From Octopus bimaculoides (Eukaryota): DNA of 64,000 nucleotides. Location of the stretch: positions 48,763,923 through 48,827,922 of the forward strand of contig NC_068994.1 in the NCBI RefSeq assembly GCF_001194135.2, given 5' to 3'. Below the pieces are notes generated by a model. The model searched no databases and was not told where the DNA came from. It saw only the letters and a program-made list of their open reading frames with translations. The position numbers and the translations under genes were made by a program. Of the stretch, positions 25,985 through 37,484 are shown in pieces (the first letter of the stretch is position 1; the number at the start of each line of letters is the position of its first letter).

Positions 25985-26282
25985 TTTTACCTTTTTATTT
26001 GTTTCAGTCATTCGACTGCGGCCATGCTGGAGCACCGCCTTTAGTCGAACAAATCGACCCCCAGAACTTATTCTTTGCAAGCCTGTTACTTATTCTGGCA
26101 GAGGTAAAGAATACGCACACCACCCGTTTTTGACCTAATCCTAACTCTAAACCCTAACCTTCAACACCGAGTGTGCATATTCTTTACCTTCGCCCTTATT
26201 CTATCAGTCTATTTTGCCAAACCGCTAAGTTAGGGGGGCGCAGACACACCAACATCGGTTGTCAAGCAATGGTGGCGGGGGA
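25985..26282 (-). mobile_element. 3' half of SINE family A interrupted by a MITE
   Basis: tgtttcagtcattcgactgcggccatgctggagcaccgcctttagtcga... resumes after 26194 as cttattctatcagtc...cggttgtcaagc. Confidence 0.9.
26097..26194. mobile_element. 98-bp MITE with 24-bp TIRs and an 8-bp TSD (Merlin-like)
   Basis: Left TIR GGCAGAGGTAAAGAATACGCACAC; right TIR reverse-complemented GGCGAAGGTAAAGAATATGCACAC; TSD CTTATTCT at 26089-26096 and 26195-26202. Confidence 0.85.
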
Positions 26283-27322
26283 TGAAATCGTATTATTTGT
26301 GGTGGTAGAACTGTTACAATGTCAGACAAAATGCTATGCAGAATCTCTTCCAACTCCTTTGTATTCTTGGTTCAAATCCCGCCATGGTTAATATTGCCTT
26401 TTTGTCTTTTTGGAATCAATAAAATAAAGTACCATTTATGTACTAGGATTGATGGTATTGGCTATCATGCTCCCCTCGAAATTTTTAGTGTTGTGCCTAA
26501 TTTAGAAACTTATTTTTCGTCCTCCTTCTCCTTCAGTGGCTGTCACCAGTTCTGTTGATAGAAGTTTAAGAGAAGTGACGTGTGGTGTGCAGGTTGCCCA
26601 TGGTCTGCCCTGATCCAACATGCATATTATCAAAGACCTTGCAGCCGTGACCTTGTCCTGTTGTGTATCTGTTAGGTGTAATTTGAGGGAGAATTGGCTA
26701 CTGTTTTTAAATAGATTGAGTGACACCAGCTTCATTACTTTTATGGCTTCATTGCAGAAGTTTTCGGTTGTGTTGTGTAGCTGTGGTGATATAGTTAGTA
26801 TACTGTAATACCTGGAGTGCTTCTAGCATTTCTCCTTCACACCAACATTTTTAATACCCATGCAGTCATAACTTTGCCTCTCACATCTTCATACAAAGTC
26901 CCTCTCTACCCACGTCTCTTTCCAAACGCTTGTCACAAACATAAATACGTACAGACAACATTATAGACTACATGTGTATGTATGTATGCGGATATATATA
27001 TGTGTGTGTGTGTATGTATGGACACAAACTGTCACATAAAGACTGCTGCCCATATATCTACAACAAGCTGAGTGTAATATGAGCAACATATGCTGTTGTC
27101 AATGAAGTATTGTGGCGTGATACTGAGTCACAGTGTATGCAAGCTTGTTTCTGAGTACATTTTGTACACACTGTCACTTAGTCTTCTTTATTCTGTGTTT
27201 TCTCACACACACAATACACAGTTGTACTGTGACATACATACGAAAACATCACATTGACACGCACACAAACATGTGTATTTATAGGCATATGTATATACAT
27301 TGTGTGGATATGTATGCATATA

Positions 27323-27358
<36 letters not shown>

Positions 27359-27444
27359 GGTGTATGTATATGAGTATAGATGTATGTATATATGGATGCA
27401 TAAATACATGGGCATATAAATGTATGTGTATATGCTTGTCTATA

Positions 27445-27474
<30 letters not shown>

Positions 27475-27479
<5 letters not shown>

Positions 27480-27805
27480 GCATGGACACAGCTATGTGGT
27501 TAAAAATTTTGTTTTGTAACCTGTAGTTTCAGGTTCAGTCTTGAGCATGTGCCTTCTAGTCTTGCCCTGGGCCAACCAATGGCTTGTGAATGTATTTTAG
27601 AAACTGAGTGGGTGCGTGTATCGTGTGTGTGTGTGTGTGTGTGTGTGTTTTACCAGAGAAACCCACATCACGGCAAGAGACACAAAGAAGAGCAGCTCTG
27701 TTCAACTTGCTACTTCACCAGAAACAACACAGAAAAGAAAACTTATCGCACTGAAAGGCAGTGCCCCAGCATGGCCTCAGCCTCTTGCTAATGTCAGTAA
27801 AACAT
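27475..27805 (+). mobile_element. Old, CpG-decayed SINE family A copy with internal (TG)n
   Basis: taggcatggacacagctatgtggttaaaaa...tcaggttcagtc...gccctgggccaacc...; the tail gtgccccagcatggcc is recognisable. Confidence 0.65.
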
Positions 27806-28506
27806 AAAACTAAACGTGTGTATGTAATTGTTCATATGTGTGTATTGATGTGTCTATTGCTGTCTTTGCAGTGACATTTGAAAAACTGTTCTGTGTGTGT
27901 GTGTGTGTTCTTTATCTCAACAGTTTGACAGAGATCAATAGGTTAAGTATTAGCTTTAAAAAATGGGTATCGGGGTTTGTTGATGCAATCGACTGAAACC
28001 TCCCAAGACAGTAACCCTAGGTTGGCAGCTGTCCAATGACTGAAATAAGTTAAAGAGTAACGACTTAAATTGATTAAGCATTATTGGTTATTGAATCTAG
28101 AAGAAAGGCAGTGGTTTAGTATAAAGAACTACCATTTGTTGGTGATTCTTATGTTTGACTAATGAAGTTTGTTGCTTTCATCATTTTTTGTGTCTGTGTG
28201 CTTTTTTCTCTTTGTTAAGCTGGAATGGGTTGGAGAAGACTTTCTGAGGCAGTGGTTTCATACCAGGATCTTCTTCCTGGCATCATCTCTTTTTACCACC
28301 TGTAAGAATATGTTAATGAAAATGCCATAGCAACATGTGTCCTCATTGTCATTTTGACGTCCTCTTTAGTCGGCCCAGGGCTTTAGGAGAAGACAGACAT
28401 TTGCCCAAAGTGCCAAATAGTGATACTGAACCTGAAATCTTAAGCCATATATGGGCAGCAAGCTTCTTCACCACACAATCATCCTTGTGTGTGTGTGTGT
28501 GTGTGT

Positions 28507-28694
28507 TTTCTTTTACTTTTATCTGTTTCAGTCATTTGACTGCGGTCATGCTGGAGCACCGCCTTTAGTCGAACAAAACGACCTCAGTACTTATTCTTTG
28601 TAAGCCTAGTACTTATTCTGTTGGTCTCTTTTATCAAACCGCTAAGTTACAGGGACGTGAAGACACCAACATCGGTTGTCAAGCGATGGTGGTG

Positions 28695-28782
<88 letters not shown>

Positions 28783-28921
28783 CACGACGGGCTTCTTTCA
28801 GTTTCCGTCTACCAAATCCACTCACAAGGCTTTGGTCGGCCCGAGGCTATAGTTGAAGACACTTGTCCAAGGTGCCACGCAGTGAGACTGAACCTGGAAC
28901 CACACAGCCACTCCTGTGCCT
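28507..28921 (-). mobile_element. Near full-length SINE family A with long internal (CA)n
   Basis: Colinear with 38198-38590 apart from a short deletion in the head and the microsatellite length. Confidence 0.92.
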
Positions 28922-30094
28922 AAACATTTCCTAACTCTGTTGTTATCCCTTTATCCAGCAGATCTGTGATCAAAAACATTTCAACAATGATAATCCCAAG
29001 TTTTTCGAGGACTTCTTTTTCTTTGTATCAAACATGGTCTGTCTCTGACTCACTACATTATTGAAATGTGTATTTTGTTCTTATTGTTGTTGTTTATTCC
29101 CTGGATCAGCTCTTCACTCAACTTTTATACAATCAAAGACATCCCACTATTGACTAACCTCATCCTGGTTATTCTTTTTACCCCTTCAGACTTACTGTAT
29201 CCAAGGCAATAGTATACAGTGTGTCTTCGTTCATTTAAGTAACATGTGATTCTTTGAAGATTTGACTGCTATTTCTAGCAGGTTGAATGACTATATAAGA
29301 GAGCTCCCTTCTGCTTCAGCTTATTTTGGATTTGTTAGCTGACATTAGTTGATTTCTGACACTTGTCCTACAGGAAGTAGATTTAAACCCTTCAAATACC
29401 TATATTCTTAGGTTATTAAATGAATTTCATAACTTCCTTTTTATTGATTTGTGTGGCAATATTTGAAATAAACTAATAATTCTTGTTCTCTGTCGTTATA
29501 TTCTATTGGTTGTATGTTTGTCAATTTATCTCTCTCTCTTTCTCATTCTTTTATTTTTGTATGTATTAGTTGTAATTTAGCCAAGGTCGTCTGATTAAGC
29601 AGGCCTATGTATGAAGTCATTTCAGCTATTACCATTCTTTCAGTCTTGCTTCCTTTCCATTAAATATATTATAGAAATAGCAAAAGCTTTTCAACATGTC
29701 TATGGCTGTGTGTACTCTGTTACTCTGCCTATCTCTCTTGTGTTCTGTTTGCTCAAGAAAAAGTAATGAAAGAGAATATTGATGTGAATGTCTTACTCAG
29801 TTTCCGTTAACTTTTGCACATGTGCTATTCAAAAGGAAATTGTAGCAGGGTCGTACTATTTTTCAATAGTACTAAGACGTATATGTATGGGTTAGTCCAT
29901 ATTACTCTGTAAGAAGCATAGGGCCTGATTCCTCATTTCTCTTGCTTATATATTCTTCCCTGGACAGGAACACAAAGCATCGCCTGGCCCTGGAATCGAA
30001 ACCACAATCTTACGATCATGAGTCCAACACCCTAACTGCTAAGTCATATGGTGTATGTGTACACGCACACGCACACACACACATATATATACAC

Positions 30095-30268
30095 GTATAT
30101 ATACGCGACAAGCCTTTTTCAGTTTCCGTCTAACAAATCCACTCACAAGGCTTTGGTTGACCTGAGGCTATAGTAGAAGACATCTGCCCTAGGTGTCACA
30201 CAGTGGGATCGAACCCGGAACCATGTGGTTGGGAAGCAAGTTCTTACCACACAGTCATGCCTGTACCT
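30095..30268 (-). mobile_element. 5' half of SINE family A
   Basis: ttcagtttccgtctaacaaatccactcacaaggctttggttgacctgaggctatagtagaagaca...gaacccggaaccatgtggttgggaagcaag. Confidence 0.88.
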
Positions 30269-30447
30269 ATGTATGTATATATATATATATATATATATAT
30301 TTAAATTTAAATAATAAGGGTGAAAAATTGAATATTAATTTGATTAATATCAATTTAAAACCAGTGGCCTAGCAAATTGAAAAATCTGAAGATTCAGAAA
30401 AATTATATTATGTATGTAATTATATGTATGTAAAATATATGTATGTA

Positions 30448-30497
<50 letters not shown>

Positions 30498-31528
30498 CAT
30501 AGAAATGGCGGTGAAGTTAAGAAAAAGGTTACTTCACAACTATTTAGTTCTGGCCTCTATTCTACTGCATGGCTTATTACTCATATGTATGTTACTATAG
30601 CTTCAGATTGACCTATAACCATGTGAGTGTTATTTGTTAGACAGAAAGTGTGCCAAAGCTGGTCATATGTGTGTGTGTGTGTGTGCATGTGTTTACACTG
30701 GTCTAGAAAAAAATGCAAACAAGAATTCTTGTTAATGTCCCTTTATATCCTGTAATTTAGCAGTTCATCATGGAGATCAATAAGTACCAGACTGAAATAA
30801 GTTCTAGAGGTAATATAATTGACTAAAATATTTAAGCCAGCAATGCCCCAACATGGCCACAGTTCAGTGATTTAAACCAGTAAAAGAATGCATACATACA
30901 TGCACTGACAAACACACACACATTCTCCTTCTCCTGTTTCCCCACCATACAAACCCCGTTCCTTCTTTCCATTCTCTCGTTGCCATACTCAGACACACAT
31001 CCCATCCAGGCATGTTTGGATGTGGAGACCAAATTAATGAAATATGTTTCCATCATTTGAAATAAGGCAATTAAATACACCACAGCTTTTCTGTTTTGCA
31101 AGTCATAGTGTGTATGTATATAAATATGTTTCATTTTTTTTTTTTTTTTTTTTTTTTTTTTCCTCCTGATCAAATCGGATTTGCTTAATTATATCCCACT
31201 GATGCTGTTTGATGTTTTATACTGTGACATTTAATTATTGAATGTGTGTCTGTGAGTTACAGTTTATTTTTGTGTGTGTGTATGTATGTTGTTCATGTGT
31301 GTGCCACTAAATGTTAAATAACACCAATGAGAATAGCAACAATTTCGTATATAAATGGCAACACAAGGCCCTTTGTATCTATAGGGGATGGATAGAAATG
31401 AGATGATGGGGGAACATTCACACATCTCTTCAAGAACAAGAATACAAATAATAACGAGTTTCTTTTTAGCATGTAAGATGATTTTGTTTTCTTACAACAA
31501 TAATGATTTGTTTGGATTAAGCACAAGG

Positions 31529-31581
31529 TCAGTATATGTCTGGACGATATTATTTCAGTATATGTCTGGACGATATTATTT
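31529..31581. repeat. Perfect 26-bp tandem duplication
   Basis: tcagtatatgtctggacgatattatt occurs twice back to back. Confidence 0.9.
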
Positions 31582-31747
31582 TGAAGTTGACTGAGTTGGT
31601 ATCAATATTTTAGAAGTACATATTTTGATCAGCTTCAGAGGAACGAATTGCTAAGTTAACCTCCATTTGGGTTTCAGATCAAAATCAGGGATCAGTCGGA
31701 ATATACTGATGCCTTTAAATTCAGTTTTCTACTGTATTGACTATAAT

Positions 31748-32196
31748 AACTATAATAATTCCTGGGGCTATAAACGTCAGTAGCACTGTCCTGTATAGGA
31801 TGCCACACTTGGTTGGCAGTTATATGTTACGATTCCGTACTGCTACTGTTTATATCCCGCTCAGAGATTTAATATAGCTTATTTCTCCTTTTCCGAGATC
31901 AACGACAGTTTGTCGCTGGAAAAAGCATATAGCATTTTGTGAGTGGAATGAATCTTCATCACTAGCTTGTGGTTAACACACGCTGAGGACAGGTAACCAC
32001 CCAGAAACTTGAATCCGTGTGTATCACGTAAGGCTAGAAATGGGAGTGATGACCTCCCCCTGCAAATACTAATTGGACACAGAATGTGTGTCGTTAGCCA
32101 GCTGGAAGAGATGTCTTCCTGGGGTTATAAACGTCAGTAGCACTGTCCTGTATAGGACACCACACTTGGTTGGCAATTATATGTAACTATAATAAT
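31748..32196 (+). mobile_element. Retrozyme-like / Penelope pseudo-LTR partial tandem with a 12-bp TSD
   Basis: 69-bp direct repeats at 31759-31827 and 32116-32184 (period 357), flanked by AACTATAATAAT at 31748-31759 and 32185-32196; contains a hammerhead motif. Confidence 0.7.
31976..32022 (+). ncRNA. Degenerate type I hammerhead ribozyme
   Basis: Stem I ACACACG (31976-31982) pairs with CGTGTGT (32016-32022). CTGAGGA at 31983-31989; stem II GGT-AACC-ACC with two outer mismatches; GAAA at 32004-32007; minimal stem III; UC cleavage site at 32014-32015. Confidence 0.65.
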
Positions 32197-32334
32197 GTAT
32201 TTGATAAAAAGCAACATATTTTGCTTAGAACAAAATAGTTGAAAGTCTTGATTAGTGCTCATTTTACTAACATTGAAGGAGCACACAGCAAGTTAACCTT
32301 GCTGAAGTTAAACCTTCCAATGCTTTACTGGTAC

Positions 32335-32452
32335 ATATTTTATTGACCCCCCAAAAGGATGAAAGACAAAGTTGACCTTGGCAGAATGAAAGACAGATGA
32401 AATGCTGTTAAGCATTTCTGGTGTGTTAACGATTCTGCCAACTCACCACCTT
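32335..32452 (-). mobile_element. CpG-decayed, internally deleted SINE family B
   Basis: tattgacccc...ggatgaaagacaaagttgaccttggcagaa versus tatcgacccc...gtcgacctcggcggaa in the young copy. Confidence 0.8.
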
Positions 32453-33229
32453 CTTAATAATAATAATAATTATAATGATAATAATAACAACAGCAACAGT
32501 AATTTCTTGTAAGGGAGGGATAATGCTTATGAAATGAATACCTGTCTGTTATAAAATGTTACTGATATCTTCTTTGAGGAGATGAAAAGAGAAGCTGTTT
32601 GTGGCAGCATTTGAACTGACAATGTAATGATAGAAGGCTCTACACTGCAGTATTTTTAACCTGACAGTCAACTCTCTTCAATAATGATAACGATTTCGTT
32701 TATTGATCTCTGGCTTCAAATTTGTGTGGGAGTGTCTTTTGTCAATTAATTGAATTACTGTTTACTTGCATTTCAACCTGTGGTGGAGATGAAGGCTGAA
32801 GTTAGCACAAGTAGGATTTGAAATCAGTAACTGCCGACTCGCTACCCTTAGTAAGAGAATAGAAGTTGCATCATTGTCACATCTTCTAAATAGCAGCCTG
32901 AAAGGATATTTTGCCTCTTCTCCTCCATAGTTTCTCTATACTTCCATTCTGTCCTCACCACTCACTTCCTACTGCATTCCCCCATGTAATGAATTTGAAT
33001 TTAACTGTTATTTCTTTTGTTTTTGTAATGTAAGGCTTACCATAAATGCTCTATTACTTTATTACTGGCTCCAGTCATTGGACTAGCAGCTAGGGTACTG
33101 CTTGGAAGACTTTAGTTGCTCAAATCCACTCCAGTGCTTATTTCAATGCTGGTTAGTCACTCTTTGCTGAACCACTAAGTTACAGGGATGTCAGCAAACC
33201 AGTACCAGCTGTCAAGCTGTGAGAGACAC

Positions 33230-33276
<47 letters not shown>

Positions 33277-34021
33277 TCCTCTGGAATAAAAAAAAAATTC
33301 CTTCTATGAAAAGCAGGAAACAGGTGATGGCTGCCTAACAGGAAGTGTATCTGGCTATAAAAATATTGCTTGGCTAAGCCATGCTAACATAGAAAAAAAA
33401 ATGCTAGACAAAACAAATGATATTCTTACACATCTGGATTCTGCACAGTTTCCATCTATTAAATTCACTCACAAAGCATAAGCTGGTCAGGAGCTATAAT
33501 AGAAGGTATCTTGTCAAAGGTTACCGTTCAGTAGGACTGAACCCAAAACCTGATGGCTGTGAGGCAAACTTGTTATTCACAGAGCCATGCCTTGTAATGA
33601 TTTTTCTTTTCCATTCACTTGTGTAATTTCAAATGTTGACTTTCCTTTTTTTTCTCACTACATTTTGTGAGCCCACACTTTTTACTATGTGTTTAACAAG
33701 TCTGACATCTACCTACCTTGCTTGGCAAGTCCCCACTCCTCGTTCGGTCTAATGAAACTTCCACAATCCCCCCAACCTGTTTAAGTGTGTCTTCTAGTCT
33801 CAACCTTGCTTTATTATATTATCATTTTCCGTTTTTTTCCCCAGCTTTCCATTGATTTTTCTGTTTCTGATTTTGTTTTGATTTGAAGTTTGTTTTTCCT
33901 TGTCATGGTCATCATCATCATCATCATCACATCTTTGCCACTGTCTGTAATTTTTATCACTGTCACAACAGTTGTCATTGTTAGCATTCATCATCATTGG
34001 TTTGGCTTTTCACTTTAACAG

Positions 34022-34087
34022 CCATGGTTGCAGTGGAGAAGGCAAAATCTGTCTGTCTTGTCCAGCCTTGAATGTCACTGATATCAA
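34022..34087 (+). other. Candidate 66-nt exon (phase 2/2; open frame HGCSGEGKICLSCPALNVTDI)
   Basis: Acceptor GGCTTTTCACTTTAACAG| and donor AA|GTATGT. One frame is open; no recognised homology. Confidence 0.35.
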
Positions 34088-34507
34088 GTATGTTACTATA
34101 TTTAGCTGTGTGTGCAAATATGTATCTGCACACGCACACACACACATACACACACACGTGTTTGTATGTGTTTTTACATCACCAATTTCACAAGTTAACT
34201 TGTATGTTCACAAATAATCAGGTCATTCCACTAAAAATCTATTACCCATGGATAATACTTGATTTTTTTCTATATTCCCTGCCGTACTATCGTGATGTGA
34301 TATGCGTATGTACATATTAAACACATAAATGATTATCTTTGTGTTAATTGATGTGTGTGTGTGTGTGTGTGTAAACAAGATAAGGATCTTGATTTTGATG
34401 TGTGTATTCCCACCCATCTTTTTTTTTTAATTTGAGACAAATTTCAATTTAAAGCTTTAGAAGAAAAGAATTGCATATGTGTGTTTAGTTATATATGTAT
34501 ATGTATG

Positions 34508-34550
<43 letters not shown>

Positions 34551-34560
34551 NNNNNNNNNN

Positions 34561-34885
34561 CCGCCAGACTGTCTCCCATGCAGGTAGCACATCAAAACAT
34601 CTTTTGAGCGTGATCATTGCCAGTGCCGCCAGCCTGTCTCCCATGCAGGTAGCACATAAAAACATCTTTTGAGCGTGGTCATTGCCAGAACCGCCTGACT
34701 GGCCCTCATGCCGGTGGCACGTAAAGGTACCCACTACACTCTAGGAGTGGTTGGTGTTTGGAAGGGCATCCAGCTGTAGAAACTTTGCCAGATCAGATCG
34801 AGCCTGGTGCAACCTCTGGCTCACTAGTCCTCAGTCAAACTATCCAACCCATGTCAGCATGGAAAGCAGATGTAAAATGATGATA
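34561..34885 (+). mobile_element. SINE family C (RTE-like 3' tail) with internal 65-bp tandem repeat
   Basis: Units start at 34561, 34626 and 34691 (partial), then ggaagggcatccagctgtagaaac...cccatgtcagcatggaaagcagatgtaaaatgatgat. A 10-N gap (34551-34560) precedes it. Confidence 0.8.
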
Positions 34886-35198
34886 TATATTGTTGCTATT
34901 ATGCAAAAGTGTTGTAAGTCCAAAACATTGCTTTTTCAGAAAATGAAAAAATAGTTTCACCATTCCATAGCAAAACTGTAAGGAATGGAAATTTAAAAAA
35001 TACATGTATCAGTTCTTGGTGTAGGAACTATTAAATCCACCCAGTTAGAGCATTTTACCCATTTTATAGTAATAACATCTCCTATGTCAATTTTACATGT
35101 AGTTTGATCAATATACCGTAATTAGAATTTGGTCGATAGACATTGCGTGTATATGTGTGTGTGTGTGCATGTGTGTATCTATTGTCTTTGTTGATCAG

Positions 35199-35402
35199 AT
35201 TAACTGAATCAGCACCTGTATGTGCAGGATCAGGCAAAACCGTTCGTGGAAGAGTCAGCATTCATCAGACATGCAAGTCTCACTTCTTCACTCAGCCACT
35301 TGCCTGAAGGCCGGGATTTGCATAAAGGCCAATTTAGCTTGGCAATAGTGTCCATCATAAGTATGGCTGATGAAATACGAAAAATCAGTACATATCTTTG
35401 AG
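35199..35402 (+). other. Candidate exon (no frame open across its full length)
   Basis: Acceptor TTGTCTTTGTTGATCAG| and donor GAG|GTGGGT (alternative AA|GTATGG at 35360). Complex sequence retaining several CpGs in a depleted region. Confidence 0.35.
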
Positions 35403-35595
35403 GTGGGTGTATATCTATTTCTGGCTATTTCATCATGCTGAACTGTTAATCCCTACACATTCTTTTCTCTCCATTTTATTTTCTCTCAATCCTTTCTGTT
35501 GAAGAGAAGTATGAAGTTGCCGTCATTGTTGAATAGATGCAAGGTACATATTAGAGTTGAAACTTCTGGAAATATTGTTTGCTGAGTTTATTGTA

Positions 35596-35860
35596 TAACA
35601 AACAGAAGCTGGAAAATGTTTTGGTATTATTTATTCTCCATTACACATGTTTCAGTTGCTAATAGGAATTACAGAGTTTTACATGCCAGATAGACTTGTA
35701 AGGAATTTCCTATTAGAAATTCTTCAGACACAGAATTAAATAATATTATTTAATATTTGAATTATTTAATATGATTTAATTCTCTGTCTGCAAATGAAAG
35801 AAATGTGTAATGGTGAATAAATTATAATACCAAAAGATTTTCCAACTTCCTGTTTTGTTA
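35596..35860. repeat. Imperfect inverted duplication
   Basis: 35596-35648 matches the reverse complement of 35803-35860, and 35725-35741 matches the reverse complement of 35774-35790. Confidence 0.85.
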
Positions 35861-36134
35861 TGTATCATCTGACACTTTAACATATGTCTGTGTGAGTAAA
35901 TGTGTATTTGTATATATTTATGTGTGTATATATTCTGACTTCCAAGGGCGGTTGAAATAATAAATGCTTTATTTGAAAAATAGGCATGGGTTAATGACAT
36001 AAATAGCATCGTGTCAAAATACTACCTCATATAAATCCCTGCCTAATCCTTGCTAGCTTGGAAAAAAACATTAAATGAATGAATGAATGAATAAAAGATG
36101 TGTGTGTGTGTGTGTGTGTACACATTTGTGTGTT

Positions 36135-36490
36135 TGATGAAATTTACTTCCTAACCATGTAGTTTCAGGTTCAGTTCCTCTGTGTGGCACCTTTGGCAAG
36201 TGTCTTCTACTATAATCCTAAGTTGACAAAAGTCTTGTGAATGAATTTGACAGATGGAAGCTGAAAGAAACCTGTGTTTGTGTCTCCTTGACGTTGCATG
36301 ATTGTTGTAAATGAACTTCATTACTTTCCAGTACTCTGTGTAAACGTAATCTGGCCATGGGGAAGTATTACCTTGTTTAGAAACAGGTAAGGATTATTGA
36401 CAGGGCGGGCATATGGCCTTAGAAAATCCACCTCAAACTCTGTCTGATCCATGCTAGCATGTGAAAGTGGATGTTAAACAATGATGATAT
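36135..36490 (+). mobile_element. Old SINE with family A-type CORE 5' part and family C-type RTE-like tail
   Basis: tcaggttcagttcctctgtgtggcacctttggcaagtgtcttctactata...gatggaagctgaaagaaacc followed by ccatgctagcatgtgaaagtggatgttaaacaatgatgat. Confidence 0.6.
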
Positions 36491-36987
36491 GTATTTTAGT
36501 ATTTTTGTGTGCCTATCTTATCCATCTAGCTAGCTATCAATCTATCTCTGTATGTATCTCTAATCTATATATATGTGTGTATGTATCTGTTTGCATTTGT
36601 ATGTATTTATGTGTGTGAATTGTTGAAATTTTACACGCTAGAGAAGAGCAATGTGGAGAGGATAGCTGAAAGCCTTGAACTAAAAGAGTGTTTATGGTAT
36701 TCAAAATATTTCCAAATTTGTTTTTAAATTTAGATTTAGTAATCTTTGGGGAACATTTTCACTTATATTATTTTAACATTCCATTAGTAATTGGACTTCA
36801 CTTTAGTTTTATTGTAAGTTTTCTCTCAAGTATGCATTTTAATATTTTCAGATTTTTTTTTTCCCCCCTCAATTGCATTCATATATGACAAGACTTCAGA
36901 TACTCAACTAGATCCAGTTTAATGTCTCTGAACCAGTCTTTGGCATGAGCATCGCTGAGGCAGTCTATCTTGTTTAGTGTTACTGAG

Positions 36988-37026
<39 letters not shown>

Positions 37027-37383
37027 CCCCCCCACTGTTACTGAGCTAGCATTTATTTTTGTTGTTACCAAGCCAAGATATCATATCAGCAAAAGCTGAT
37101 TTAAGAACTGGTTTCTGAAAATCCACTAAATTCATAAAAGTAACTTGATTGTTTTCTGGTATCCAAGGAAGTTGTAGGTTAAATTGAAGTTCAAAAAAAA
37201 AAAAAAAAAAAAAAAAAACCCAGAAAAACATAACCTGGGGTTATTTGATATCTGCACACCAATCCTATTATTAAAACTTTGTGTATGAAAGAGAAAGAGA
37301 GAGAGTGAGAGCAAGCATGTTGAAAAGCTTAGCACTCAAAATAAACAGCAGCTGGACTATATAACTTGGTGTTCTTAATTTAG

Positions 37384-37484
<101 letters not shown>

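Noticed and set aside
35224-35241. AGSGKT Walker A-like peptide in candidate exon
   Set aside because: Incomplete P-loop context, and the frame stops about 21 codons later.
35367-35385. CTGATGA...GAAA hammerhead-like heptamer
   Set aside because: No stem II or stem I complementarity.
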